IMG/VR virus record: IMGVR_UViG_3300008107_007821
Coordinates: 7,461 to 71,460 of that record
Length of the DNA stretch: 64,000 nt
Reading direction: 5' to 3' (one strand)
From: a virus
Position numbers and translations under genes: made by a program. Each line of letters opens with the position of its first letter. The stretch's first letter is position 1. Below are positions 10,139 through 19,882 of the stretch, piece after piece. Under the pieces are notes generated by a model. The model did no database searches. It was not told the DNA's origin and saw only the letters and a list, made by a program, of their open reading frames with translations.

Positions 10139-10308
10139 GCATCAGGAGCAAGTTCACCCCTGAGTTCTGCCAGTTTAGCAGTAGCAAGGCACTCTACGCA
10201 AGTCCAATACAATTCACCACTGATAGGGAAATTTTCATCAGTAAAATGTGCTGCCATATCTTCCTGAATCCCTTGAAGTTCCTTCAGTTGCTCTCTGGTG
10301 ATCTGCAT
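10135..10308 (-). CDS. Small hypothetical protein (57 aa; not in ORF track)
   Basis: MQITREQLKELQGIQEDMAAHFTDENFPISGELYWTCVECLATAKLAELRGELAPDA*; preceded by a promoter-like element. Confidence 0.65.
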   Translation of the reverse strand: MQITREQLKELQGIQEDMAAHFTDENFPISGELYWTCVECLATAKLAELRGELAPDA

Positions 10309-10329
10309 GGTGTTAGATGTCTTGCTTAC

Positions 10330-11067
10330 CTATCCAGTATAGCAGGATCCTGAGCACTTTTGGCAACCAGTGGACAGTTTGCTGACTGTCTGCTTCAGAT
10401 CTTCAATCTGCTTTTGCTGTTCTTGGATTGCACCTATCAAAACTGAAGTTAACTTACCATAATTAATTGACTTGTACTCACTATCAACAACAAATTTTTG
10501 TCCTACTACTTCAGGTACAACTTTTTCAACTTCTTGTGCAATAAGACCTATTTCTGGTCTGCCCTTCACATACCTGGAAGGAACTAATTCTTCTATCCAG
10601 TTAAATGATACTGATTGAAGTTGGAGAACCTTGTCTAAACAATTTTCTAAAGGTTGAATATCTTTCTTGAGTGAAATATCAGATGTCTCATCTGGTTCTC
10701 TGGAAATTTCTTCTCCTCTATATTTCCAAAAACCATTGAGATTACCATCCCCAGAGTTAAAATCTATTCTTGAAGCACTAGATTCTAAATTAGGTTGAGC
10801 ATCACAATGCCCTCCTACATCAACTCCAAACCCAAAAAGATTTGCTAGTCCAATCTGTTCCCATAATCCAACACCATTATATAATCCAATTTCATTATGA
10901 ACTCCAAGTTGATTTGTTATTGCTTCAATTTGATTAATGCCAAATATATGAGTACTAAATGGTCTATTAGGATCTAATGCTGGTTCAAATGTAGCAGCTG
11001 CTAATGGTGGGAGAACACCTTCTCCTACTTGAATATTAGTTGAATATATATCAGTAAAATTTGCCAT
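10330..11067 (-). CDS. Spike/fibre protein with C-terminal intramolecular chaperone (peptidase S74) domain
   Basis: SDISLKKDIQPLENCLDKVLQL...IGLIAQEVEKVVPEVV...INYGKL..VLIGAIQEQQKQIEDLK. Confidence 0.85.
   Translation of the reverse strand: MANFTDIYSTNIQVGEGVLPPLAAATFEPALDPNRPFSTHIFGINQIEAITNQLGVHNEIGLYNGVGLWEQIGLANLFGFGVDVGGHCDAQPNLESSASRIDFNSGDGNLNGFWKYRGEEISREPDETSDISLKKDIQPLENCLDKVLQLQSVSFNWIEELVPSRYVKGRPEIGLIAQEVEKVVPEVVGQKFVVDSEYKSINYGKLTSVLIGAIQEQQKQIEDLKQTVSKLSTGCQKCSGSCYTG
10337..10380 (-). promoter_or_regulatory. Cyanophage early-type promoter inside the 3' end of the upstream gene
   Basis: AAACTGTCCAC upstream element, TTGCCA, then extended -10 TGC-TATACT (19-nt spacer). Confidence 0.5.
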
Positions 11068-11070
11068 TAC

Positions 11071-11613
11071 TTACCATCCATTAAGAAACTGAGTTACTTT
11101 ATTTACCACTCCCAATATTCCTGTAGGAATTAAACTTGTTAGTGGTTCTACATTAAAGATTTGACCCCCACTAGCAACCAAATAAACATTACCCTCAGAT
11201 TTTACCACAGCATTTCTTGTTGCTGCTACAACAACATTATTGCCCTTGATGCCAACATTTCCACTTGATTCTATTCTTATATTGCCATTATCATTTCTTA
11301 GAACAAAATCTCTTTCTGAACTTGTAGATTCAAACTTAATTTGACTTGCTTTAATAGTAAGAGTTCCCTCACTTTGAATATTCAAGTCACCTTTAGAATA
11401 AATTTTTAATCCATCTGCAGACTTGCTAACTATAGCATCCCCAATAGTGGATGAGTCTACACTGGCAATTTGAAATCCACCATCCTTAAACAGTTTTACA
11501 TTTGCTCCAGAACCAGATCCCATTTGGATCTGTCTAATTCTATTGGCATCAACATCCTCTCCAATGTATAAAACACCAGAGTCCTTATCTACAAAAGCAA
11601 ATCCTTCACTCAT
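11071..11613 (-). CDS. gp5 C-terminal-like beta-repeat baseplate spike protein
   Basis: Short beta-strand repeats (GDLNIQSEGTLTIKA, GNIRIESSGNVGIKG) directly downstream of gp5. Confidence 0.55.
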   Translation of the reverse strand: MSEGFAFVDKDSGVLYIGEDVDANRIRQIQMGSGSGANVKLFKDGGFQIASVDSSTIGDAIVSKSADGLKIYSKGDLNIQSEGTLTIKASQIKFESTSSERDFVLRNDNGNIRIESSGNVGIKGNNVVVAATRNAVVKSEGNVYLVASGGQIFNVEPLTSLIPTGILGVVNKVTQFLNGW

Positions 11614-13666
11614 GATCTTCTGCGCACAATACTACTGATTTGATGAACTTTCTAGATGGAGGTGCTGGTTCATCTATTCTTCTAAATTCTAAAGTTGGTT
11701 CCAGAATTGCACCCTGTCCTGTAGTTGTATTTATTTGCAGATCTGGGAACAGATTTACTTCAGTTCCTGGATTTGTGATATTGATTGCAATAATTCTTCC
11801 AACATCATCAACTTCAGGATATGCCTCTATATCATTCTTGCAATTTGCATCTACAATCTTGTCAGTATTTTTATATCCAACACCAGTGGATCTAACTAGT
11901 ACCTTTTTCAATGAACCAGTGACTGCTAATCCATCTTCAGTAATAGGATATGTCTTACATGGGTCTTCATCTTCATTATTTTTAGGAGATTTATAATTTT
12001 TCCCTGGACCTTTGACAACTACATTAGTCACTTTTCCATCCTTAATTTCAGTATATCCATAAGCACCACCACCTTGGTCTCCACAATTACTATCTATAGA
12101 AATGTATGGAGGTGTTACATATCCAGAACCAGATGATTGTAACACTGCCCCAATGACTTGACCTGCAGAACTTATAACTGCTTGTGCAGATGCACCAGAT
12201 CCTTGTCCACCAAAAATAGTGATGGATGGGAATCCACATTCTATGATGCCAGCATTACAAGAAAACTCAGAACCAGGAGGAACTGTTCCATCAGTGGAAA
12301 GACCAACAGATCCTGCCCAAGACTTGAAGTTACTTGAGATTGAAGATATTCCTGCAGGAGTAGAAGATGAATAGGAAAGAATTTTTTGGAAGTTTGGATC
12401 ACTAGCAGGAACCCAACCCTTATTCAGTTCATAATCATAACTTTCATAGCAAGAAGGTGATTCACAAGAAAGAAGTGATAATAGTGATCTGGTAAATGAA
12501 ATTGCTTGAGAGACAATAGATGAAACTTCTCCAATTGCTGATCCAAATGAAGAATTCAATTCATCTAATGCACCACCAAGTGCTTCTGTTAATTCATTTC
12601 CAAGTGTACCAATTAAATTTCCTAAAAGTGCCTCAGCTGCACAAATTGGAGCACTTAAAACTTGACCTACCATTGAGGTTAAGAAATTAATCACATAATT
12701 TAATAGTTGACTGAATATTTTTTCAAAGGCACATAAGATGCTATCAATTATAGTTTCTGTAGCAGCATGTTTTGCAATTTTTACTACTGGAGGAACTCCA
12801 GGTTTGCCAAAAAATATTGTTAATAGATTATAAATTCTTTTTAAAATTTCTTCTCTTCCCCACTTTAATATTCCTATCAACTCATCTTTTATAATTGTAG
12901 ATACCCTCACAATTTCATCATCAATATTTGCTACTGCATTTAATGTGGGGTTAATATAAACATTGTTAACATTTTGAACTGTATTCAAAAACTGTATAAA
13001 CCCTACTAATGCTCTCTGAATTGTGTTAAATTTTCTCTTGCCTCCAGCACACTCTGATGGAACAGAAATTATAATTCCATTAGACCCTTCAATATTTGAC
13101 TTTGCTTGACCCTCAGTTATTTTTCTTTCTTCTTTTGCTGTTGTACCTATACCAACTGGACTCTTAACTTGTGCTATTTGTCCATTGGATCCTATTCCTC
13201 CTTTCTTGGTAACTATTCTTCCATCAGTAGCAATTACATAACCACTAGTTCCTTGGGGTGGAGTGATTGGTTTGAATGATGATGTTCCTTTACTTAAAAC
13301 TTCTTGCCAAGTTTGAGTTGGTGTTTGTTGTCCAATATCACTATTTTGAAGAGCACCAACTATGACTGGCTGCTGTTCATCATCTCCATCTAAGAAAAAT
13401 CCTATTACAATCTCTCCTCCATTCCAGTTATTGGATATTCCAGTATATCCATTACCTGCACCTAAAGTGAGTGGTGTCAGTACATGTGCCCATGGCAAAT
13501 CTCCATCCTTAATTGTATTGTCTGCAGGATGACGTCCTAATATTCTAACTCTTGCTCTTGCACCTTTAGAAGAGTCTTTAGAATTGTAAACTATCTGTCC
13601 TATAAACCAATTAAATCCATCTCTTCCTAAAAATTGAGGATTAATTAAGGATTGTTCTAACATCAT
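11606..13666 (-). CDS. gp5: Baseplate hub/central spike protein (T4 gp5-like, OB-fold)
   Basis: GRDGFNWFIGQI...RARVRILGRH...LPWAHV...VIGFFLDG...QQPVIVG gp5 OB-domain motifs. Confidence 0.85.
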   Translation of the reverse strand: MMLEQSLINPQFLGRDGFNWFIGQIVYNSKDSSKGARARVRILGRHPADNTIKDGDLPWAHVLTPLTLGAGNGYTGISNNWNGGEIVIGFFLDGDDEQQPVIVGALQNSDIGQQTPTQTWQEVLSKGTSSFKPITPPQGTSGYVIATDGRIVTKKGGIGSNGQIAQVKSPVGIGTTAKEERKITEGQAKSNIEGSNGIIISVPSECAGGKRKFNTIQRALVGFIQFLNTVQNVNNVYINPTLNAVANIDDEIVRVSTIIKDELIGILKWGREEILKRIYNLLTIFFGKPGVPPVVKIAKHAATETIIDSILCAFEKIFSQLLNYVINFLTSMVGQVLSAPICAAEALLGNLIGTLGNELTEALGGALDELNSSFGSAIGEVSSIVSQAISFTRSLLSLLSCESPSCYESYDYELNKGWVPASDPNFQKILSYSSSTPAGISSISSNFKSWAGSVGLSTDGTVPPGSEFSCNAGIIECGFPSITIFGGQGSGASAQAVISSAGQVIGAVLQSSGSGYVTPPYISIDSNCGDQGGGAYGYTEIKDGKVTNVVVKGPGKNYKSPKNNEDEDPCKTYPITEDGLAVTGSLKKVLVRSTGVGYKNTDKIVDANCKNDIEAYPEVDDVGRIIAINITNPGTEVNLFPDLQINTTTGQGAILEPTLEFRRIDEPAPPSRKFIKSVVLCAEDHE

Positions 13667-13872
13667 AGGTCAAAAATTTTACACTCAGGGCAGTCTGGAT
13701 TTTTGTAACAGTACAATTGAAATGCATTAGGACATTCTTCTGCATTTGGATAATGATTTGCATAATCGACAAGAGAATCTAATTCATCTTCAAGATGTCT
13801 CTTTCTTTGCTTATTAATCTCTGGATTGTCCAGTTCTTTTTCTAAATTGTTAATTTGTTCTTGAATTTTCAT
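13663..13872 (-). CDS. cp12: CP12, Calvin-cycle inhibitor (phage type)
   Basis: LDNP...RKRHLEDEL...LYCYKNPDCPECKIFD; C-x8-C C-terminal CP12 motif, no N-terminal Cys pair. Confidence 0.8.
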   Translation of the reverse strand: MKIQEQINNLEKELDNPEINKQRKRHLEDELDSLVDYANHYPNAEECPNAFQLYCYKNPDCPECKIFDL

Positions 13873-15209
13873 TTTGGTGGAACTCCATAAGAATCTCTGA
13901 TGAGTTTGAGTCCAGTATACCCCTGATTTGTCTCAAACAAATGAGATAGTTCTTTGATTAAATAATTTCCAGATTTTAAATCATCTCTCAATCCTTTTCT
14001 GGATTCATCCAATGTAATACTACCAAAGTCTAACTTAATAACATCACCCACTGTTAGATTTAAATTCAAGGGTACTGTTATATTTAACATCTGACTAAAT
14101 GCTAAGTTGTATCTTGCAATAGATTGTGACTGATAGAATGGTCTTTGATCTATTCCTGAAGTTTCTTCTGAACTTTCTGGTTCTCCTACCAATTGATCAA
14201 TAACTTTCACCATAATTCTGGATGGACTATCTTCAAGATACTTTGGAACTCTTGGTTTCTCTGGATTAGCAGCAGAGTTTTTCATAACATCAAGACTCTT
14301 TGAGAGTTTGTATTCCTCCTGCTTCAAGTCTCTAGTATTAGCATCATAAAAATAATTAATGCTTGAGTACATTCCTATTCTCATATTCTCAAGAACATTA
14401 ACATTCTTTTCGAAGAATGGAACACTAACTATCTTAAAGTTAGAGTTTACATCTGCAGGAGCATTAACTTTCTCATCATATCTGTAAGTAGCAACTGGTG
14501 TAGATTGTCCAGTGGAAGAAAGTGTTTCAAATAAAGAATCTAAACTTCTAAAATTATATCCATTTATATTTTCATAGAACAAAAATCCTGCTGTGCCACT
14601 AGCAGTTGAAGATTTCCCTGGTGGGATTGATTTTGGTCCTAACCAAGTTAAAACTGTAAAAGGCTTCTTAGAGTTTCCAAAGAAATGATAACTATTTTTT
14701 GTAACATCTATATTTCTTTTCTTTGTGGTCTTTAATACTCCAGTTAATATTTGTTCTACTGATTGATCTATAGTTTGTTTTGAACCAGATGATTCTGGAT
14801 ATCTTCTAAAGACTCTGGTTGTTTCATTGGAAAACACTTCAAGTGGAGCTATGTCAATCACAAACATTTCTTTTGTGGATTGTGTAGTGGATCCACTTAT
14901 CTTATAGATGTAATATGGATTAGTTGTCTCATTAATATCAATAGTCTTTTTAGTTTCTGTTTGCTCTATGGTCAATACAACCTGCTCTCCACCCTTCAAT
15001 CCAGGTTTGATTTTAGAATCAGTGGATGGAAGTGATGTTAATAAACCTTGAGTATCAACTACAACTAATCTTAAAAAAATTGCAGGAGAAAACAAATCTT
15101 CAAAGTATTGCACAGAAGATTGTGTTTCAGTCATATTAATAACTGTCTTCTCATCATGAGATATGATTAAAAATTTTTTAATCTTATAATTTGTGTATGA
15201 TCCTGCCAT
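13869..15209 (-). CDS. Baseplate hub protein (gp27/late-control-D-like, inferred)
   Basis: C-terminal ITVP.N.NLTVGDVI...SGNYLIKELSHLF...GLKLIRDS; position between tape-measure region and gp5. Confidence 0.55.
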   Translation of the reverse strand: MAGSYTNYKIKKFLIISHDEKTVINMTETQSSVQYFEDLFSPAIFLRLVVVDTQGLLTSLPSTDSKIKPGLKGGEQVVLTIEQTETKKTIDINETTNPYYIYKISGSTTQSTKEMFVIDIAPLEVFSNETTRVFRRYPESSGSKQTIDQSVEQILTGVLKTTKKRNIDVTKNSYHFFGNSKKPFTVLTWLGPKSIPPGKSSTASGTAGFLFYENINGYNFRSLDSLFETLSSTGQSTPVATYRYDEKVNAPADVNSNFKIVSVPFFEKNVNVLENMRIGMYSSINYFYDANTRDLKQEEYKLSKSLDVMKNSAANPEKPRVPKYLEDSPSRIMVKVIDQLVGEPESSEETSGIDQRPFYQSQSIARYNLAFSQMLNITVPLNLNLTVGDVIKLDFGSITLDESRKGLRDDLKSGNYLIKELSHLFETNQGYTGLKLIRDSYGVPPK

Positions 15210-17233
15210 TATTTCAATGTATTGAGAAGAACTTTCTTATAAAAACTATTTAACAGTTGTTCCTCAGAAGGTCCAGATATTATTACAGGACCAGAAGAAC
15301 CTTGTGCCATCATCTGCTGTTGCATCTGCTGAACTATTGGATATGGAACAATTGTAGGTTCAGCATATCCTGATTGGTAAGGAAGATTTGTTGCTATTGG
15401 TCTTGAAGGTTGTTTAGGTGCAGACATTTGAGCTGCTGGTCTACCTCCAATATTAAATCCTCCAGGTCCAATAGACAAACCTGTAGATCCTTGTTGGAAC
15501 AAAGGAGAAATTGCAAAACTTGCTCCAGGTTGTGCAGAAACTTGAGGTGAAGTATCATTTTGCTGTTTTGCTCTTTCTCTTGATAGGGGAGAAGAAATTC
15601 TATTCTTAACTGATTTTACATGAGGAAGGGGATCAGTATAAGAACCATTATTAGAAATGCCAAAATGTAAATGAGTATTTTGTCCAGATGGATATAATTT
15701 TGCTATCTGCTGACCTCCATATACTTCCTCTCCAACAGCAACCATAGGAGATGTGTGATAGTATAAAGTTCTTAATCCTCCTCCATGGTCTATTTCAACA
15801 TATCCATTATAACCATTTGAAACTGCTGCTACAACTTTTCCAGTTTTATAAGCAACTACAGCAGCATCTAAGGCTCCTTGATGATGAGTCATATCTAATC
15901 CTTGGTGAGATCTAGATCCTCCATCTCTTGATGCTCCAAATGCTTGAGATGAACTAACAACACCTTGTGTCCCAACATCACCTCCAGGGAGGGGGAAAAA
16001 TGTATCCCCAGAAATTGGTCCTTCATACCCTGCTCCTGGTACTACTGGAGTTGGAGCAGGCATTGGGGGCTCATCAAATTCTCCTCTTGCAGTAAGTTTA
16101 AAATGTTTAGAGACCTGTTCAAATTTATTAATTACTTTTTCATATCTATCCAAAGTTTTAGAGAATGTTAATTGTCCCCTAGATTCTTTTTTTCTTTCTA
16201 CTAATTTTTTTTGTTGCTCTGTTTGTTTTTTTAATTTATCTTGACCACCTCTTCCTAATATTGTTCCATCAAATGCTCCAGTTTCTCTGGCTAGATCTAC
16301 ACCAAGAGCTGCCCACCCAATGACTGGAATGGCACTTACTGCAGACAAGATTCCCCCAACAACATCACCTTGACTAAATCTATATGCAGATAATCCAACA
16401 CTAAGTGCTGTTCCTAATAGAGGAATAGCTCTTGCTCCAACACCTGCTGCTTTTGCTGCAGCAGTTCCCCCTGCTCTTGTTGATACCTGTGCAGCAGAAC
16501 CTCCTCCTCTAGTAGCTATTTTTTCTGCTATACTTCCAATTCCAAATCTGCCCCCTGTAGCAACTCTTGCCCTATCACCAATATTAGCAGTTCCTTGAAA
16601 TAATCTTTCATTAGATGCTGCAAATCTACTGGCACTTCCTCCTGCTGCTCTTTGTGCCCAACCTGGAAGATTTCTTTGTGCTTGCATACCTGCATATGCT
16701 TTTCCTGCCTTTGTTTGTGCACCTCCTCCAGAAGATGGTGCTCCTCCAGGTGTTGGGGTTCCTGCTCCACCCCTATTCATCATGGAACCAATTCCACGAC
16801 CTAATAAAGAAGGACCAAATAATATTCCAGCAGCAATGAGTCCTGGTCCAGCAGCACCCATAAAATCACCTTTACCAAGTTTTGATGCTGCACTAAATGC
16901 TGCTAATGCTCCAATTGATTTTAATGGATCACTAACAGATCCAGCAGTAAATAAATTTCCAGCATATTTTTTTATGTCTGGAAGTTTCATTTTGACTTGT
17001 TTCTTCTGAACAAATCTTTTATCATTCTGCTTTTGTATTGAATCTAATCTTTTCTTGTATCTGTTGAGAATTGATAATTGTGTTTTCTTTTGATATGTCC
17101 CTCTTTCAAAAACTCTTCTCAACTTAGTAGAAGATTTTTTTATACTATCAGATGACTCAACAAGACTATTAATCTTGGTAATGTGAGCAGTGACTCTTAA
17201 CTTAGGTCTATTTAAAAGAGTTGTTGGGTTCAT
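15209..17233 (-). CDS. Tape-measure-region virion protein with M23 metallopeptidase domain
   Basis: HQGLD, YYH and HLHF M23 motifs; Gly/Ala-rich hydrophobic helices (IPLLGTALSVG, IPVIGWAALG). Confidence 0.8.
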   Translation of the reverse strand: MNPTTLLNRPKLRVTAHITKINSLVESSDSIKKSSTKLRRVFERGTYQKKTQLSILNRYKKRLDSIQKQNDKRFVQKKQVKMKLPDIKKYAGNLFTAGSVSDPLKSIGALAAFSAASKLGKGDFMGAAGPGLIAAGILFGPSLLGRGIGSMMNRGGAGTPTPGGAPSSGGGAQTKAGKAYAGMQAQRNLPGWAQRAAGGSASRFAASNERLFQGTANIGDRARVATGGRFGIGSIAEKIATRGGGSAAQVSTRAGGTAAAKAAGVGARAIPLLGTALSVGLSAYRFSQGDVVGGILSAVSAIPVIGWAALGVDLARETGAFDGTILGRGGQDKLKKQTEQQKKLVERKKESRGQLTFSKTLDRYEKVINKFEQVSKHFKLTARGEFDEPPMPAPTPVVPGAGYEGPISGDTFFPLPGGDVGTQGVVSSSQAFGASRDGGSRSHQGLDMTHHQGALDAAVVAYKTGKVVAAVSNGYNGYVEIDHGGGLRTLYYHTSPMVAVGEEVYGGQQIAKLYPSGQNTHLHFGISNNGSYTDPLPHVKSVKNRISSPLSRERAKQQNDTSPQVSAQPGASFAISPLFQQGSTGLSIGPGGFNIGGRPAAQMSAPKQPSRPIATNLPYQSGYAEPTIVPYPIVQQMQQQMMAQGSSGPVIISGPSEEQLLNSFYKKVLLNTLK

Positions 17234-17236
17234 TTA

Positions 17237-18946
17237 TTAAACAATCTGATAGACTAATTTTGAATACATTGTCAAGAAGTTATCAGAATAAGAAGTATCT
17301 ATTTCAGGAACAGTATCATTTACTGCAGCAGTTGCTGATGCCTGTGGTGATCCTGAAGTTCCTCCCACTGGCATAGGGGCAAGAACAAAATTTGGTTGCT
17401 GGGACGATGGTGAGGGAATACTTCTAGGAGCTGCTGCTCTTGGTGTTGGAGAAGGTGGGAAAGAAGAGGATCCTGCTTGCCTCAAGTAAGTTTCAAAATT
17501 TCTGTAGAATGAAGAAGTATGAACATTTTGTTGACTTCCTCCAGGAAGAGAAGGCCAAACTCCTCTTAATCTATTAACAACCTCACTAATTTTTCCAGAT
17601 CTAATTAAGTTTACTATCTCTTGCTCCCCTCCAGAAAATAAACTAGCAAGATATGCTCTATTAATTTTATATTGATTCTCTGCATTAAAAAGAGCAGTTG
17701 ATGGATCTAGTCCAGCAGCAATAGTTCTTGCTCTTAAAAATTCTGACATCTGTTGCATATTTCCCATGGCACCTGAAGTTTTACCTTGTGCCTTAAGTGC
17801 TTCAACTTTTGCTATAGCTTGATCAACTGTCATTTGAGAAAGACCTGGCATAGCACCTATTGTATTAACAGATTCTAATCCACCCTCACCACCAGATATA
17901 GATGACATCAAAGCATTGATTTCAGCAGGGGCTGGTCCAGAAATAGGTTGTCCTGGAGGTTGTGTAGGACCGCCTCCACCTCCTCCTCCAGATTGTCTTG
18001 ATTGAGAGGTTCCTTCCCCCTGTCTCTTAATTAAAAAATCTAATGCTGCTTCAAACTTTTTATTAAGATCCTCAAACCTTTTTAAATCATTCTGAGGTAA
18101 TGGCACTAAACCTGAGGGTTGTGTTAATGCTTTTTGCTCTTGAGTTAATTCTTCTAATCTTTGTTGGGTTGTATTTTGAGAATCTTTTTTCCCAAATAAT
18201 GAACTTGCTAGTGCTAATCCACCACCAACAAGAGCTGCTTTACCTGCAAATCTACCAAGTCCTCCTAGTCTGGATGCTCCTGCCGCTGCACCTCCTGCAG
18301 CACTTGCAGCAGCTCCACCACCTCTGCTGAATAAAGACTTAACTAATTTTGAAGTTAAGGTTGTTGCTATTCCTCCAATGATAGCAGGAATATAAGTTGC
18401 ACCAATTCCCAGCAATGGACCTATGATCTTTGAGGGATCTCCACTTAATAATCCTTGGAGAAGATTGAACATTGCCAACCCTCTAATTGCTCCACCAGCA
18501 CCACTAAAGAATGATCCCGTATATTTCTTTACTGCTCCTAAAATATCTACCTTACTATCACCAAGTTCTTTCTTACCAAATATTCTACCTCTATTTGCAA
18601 TTCTTTTTCTATACTCTTCTGATTCTTTTCTGTTCTGATCTTGAGTATTTTTATAATCTTCAGATATAACCTGAAGGATTTTTTCTAAATTATTTCTAGT
18701 TTGTTCTAAGTTTAAGGTTATTTTCCCTAAGGATGATACATCTCTTTGGGATGTTGCTATGCCATCATCTCCTGAGGAAGATACTTTTAATCTTTCTGCT
18801 AGTTGCTGAGGAAGAGATCTATTTGGTATTAAAGATATTCTTCTAATGTTTGGAGCACCAAAAGACCTAGATTTATTTCCAAGACTTGTGCCTGAAATAA
18901 ATCTAGTTACTCTTTGCCTAAAATAACTAAAGTCTTCTGGGGTCAT
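17237..18946 (-). CDS. Tape-measure-region virion protein with lambda-lysozyme-like (GH104-like) domain
   Basis: ALMSSISGGEG...SGAMGNMQ...FNAENQ...VWPSLPG resembles lambda R motifs (SEG, AAGRYQ, WASLPG); helical N-terminus. Confidence 0.65.
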   Translation of the reverse strand: MTPEDFSYFRQRVTRFISGTSLGNKSRSFGAPNIRRISLIPNRSLPQQLAERLKVSSSGDDGIATSQRDVSSLGKITLNLEQTRNNLEKILQVISEDYKNTQDQNRKESEEYRKRIANRGRIFGKKELGDSKVDILGAVKKYTGSFFSGAGGAIRGLAMFNLLQGLLSGDPSKIIGPLLGIGATYIPAIIGGIATTLTSKLVKSLFSRGGGAAASAAGGAAAGASRLGGLGRFAGKAALVGGGLALASSLFGKKDSQNTTQQRLEELTQEQKALTQPSGLVPLPQNDLKRFEDLNKKFEAALDFLIKRQGEGTSQSRQSGGGGGGGPTQPPGQPISGPAPAEINALMSSISGGEGGLESVNTIGAMPGLSQMTVDQAIAKVEALKAQGKTSGAMGNMQQMSEFLRARTIAAGLDPSTALFNAENQYKINRAYLASLFSGGEQEIVNLIRSGKISEVVNRLRGVWPSLPGGSQQNVHTSSFYRNFETYLRQAGSSSFPPSPTPRAAAPRSIPSPSSQQPNFVLAPMPVGGTSGSPQASATAAVNDTVPEIDTSYSDNFLTMYSKLVYQIV

Positions 18947-19104
18947 TTATTTGCTCTTTGTGCCTTTTCCTCTTCTTCTTGAATATGATTTTCAAGCAAT
19001 GACAAATAAATTTCCCTTTCCCAAGGAATCATATTTTCCAGTTCAGTCAATGAGTATTTATGATACTGCATCAAGGCAAAATTAGTTCTATAATAACTCT
19101 CCAA
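18943..19104 (-). CDS. gp51: Baseplate hub assembly catalyst gp51-like (not in ORF track; start uncertain, possibly reached by -1 frameshift)
   Basis: (L)ESYYRTNFALMQYHKYSLTELENMIPWEREIYLSLLENHIQEEEEK; stop overlaps the next ATG (ATGA). Confidence 0.8.
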   Translation of the reverse strand: MESYYRTNFALMQYHKYSLTELENMIPWEREIYLSLLENHIQEEEEKAQRANK

Positions 19105-19121
19105 ATCTTCATGACCAATTA

Positions 19122-19853
19122 CTATCCGAAAAAACTTGAAAGTCCCTCTAATACTATTTCATTTTCAACACCAGTATTTGGATTCTTAATATTAAAAGTA
19201 TGGGATAATTTGGGCATAGTATCAAAGAAATTTTCTATCCCTTTAAACTGATTTGCATCAAAGGTTTGTAACCATTCAACTATCTCTTTTTTGGTTAAGT
19301 CTGATGCTGACCAAGATTCATCTGCAGTGTATACCATATCAATGCAGGATGCAACTATCTCAAATGATTTGTTAATAGTATCTTTGCTGGTTGCATTTGC
19401 AGCAAAATTAAAATTATTATCAATAAATTCTTGCAGTGAAGGATACTTCATTTTGATAACAATGTTATCATCCACTTTAATTTCTGATGTATGTCCTTCA
19501 GGGATTACAACTTCAATCTCATCAATATTCACCTTTACATCTACTTGTGTTTGATTGTCATCTGGACAAGTAACAATCAAATCTACAGATTCACCTACAG
19601 ACTTTGCTCTAATATTTAAAAACAAATACTCAATATCAAAACTAGGAAGAGAATCTATCTTAATTCCTCTAGTCAAGATGCACTCTTTAAGAGTATTTTT
19701 TACTGCACTAGTAATTTCTTTGGTATCATTACTCTCCATAGCAAGGATAAGAATTTTTTCTTCTCCAACTAGGAAAGGTCTATATTTAACTGTCTTTTTA
19801 TTTGAAGGTAGAATCAACTCATAGGTTGGAGTTGCAACTTTTGGTAAAGGCAT
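19122..19853 (-). CDS. gp26: Baseplate hub subunit gp26
   Basis: MPLPK..TPTYEL.LPS...VKYRPFLV.EEKIL...FDIEYLFLNIRAKSVGE...LEGLSSFF. Confidence 0.9.
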   Translation of the reverse strand: MPLPKVATPTYELILPSNKKTVKYRPFLVGEEKILILAMESNDTKEITSAVKNTLKECILTRGIKIDSLPSFDIEYLFLNIRAKSVGESVDLIVTCPDDNQTQVDVKVNIDEIEVVIPEGHTSEIKVDDNIVIKMKYPSLQEFIDNNFNFAANATSKDTINKSFEIVASCIDMVYTADESWSASDLTKKEIVEWLQTFDANQFKGIENFFDTMPKLSHTFNIKNPNTGVENEIVLEGLSSFFG

Positions 19854-19882
19854 TTTGAAATATAAAATTCAGATATGATTAT

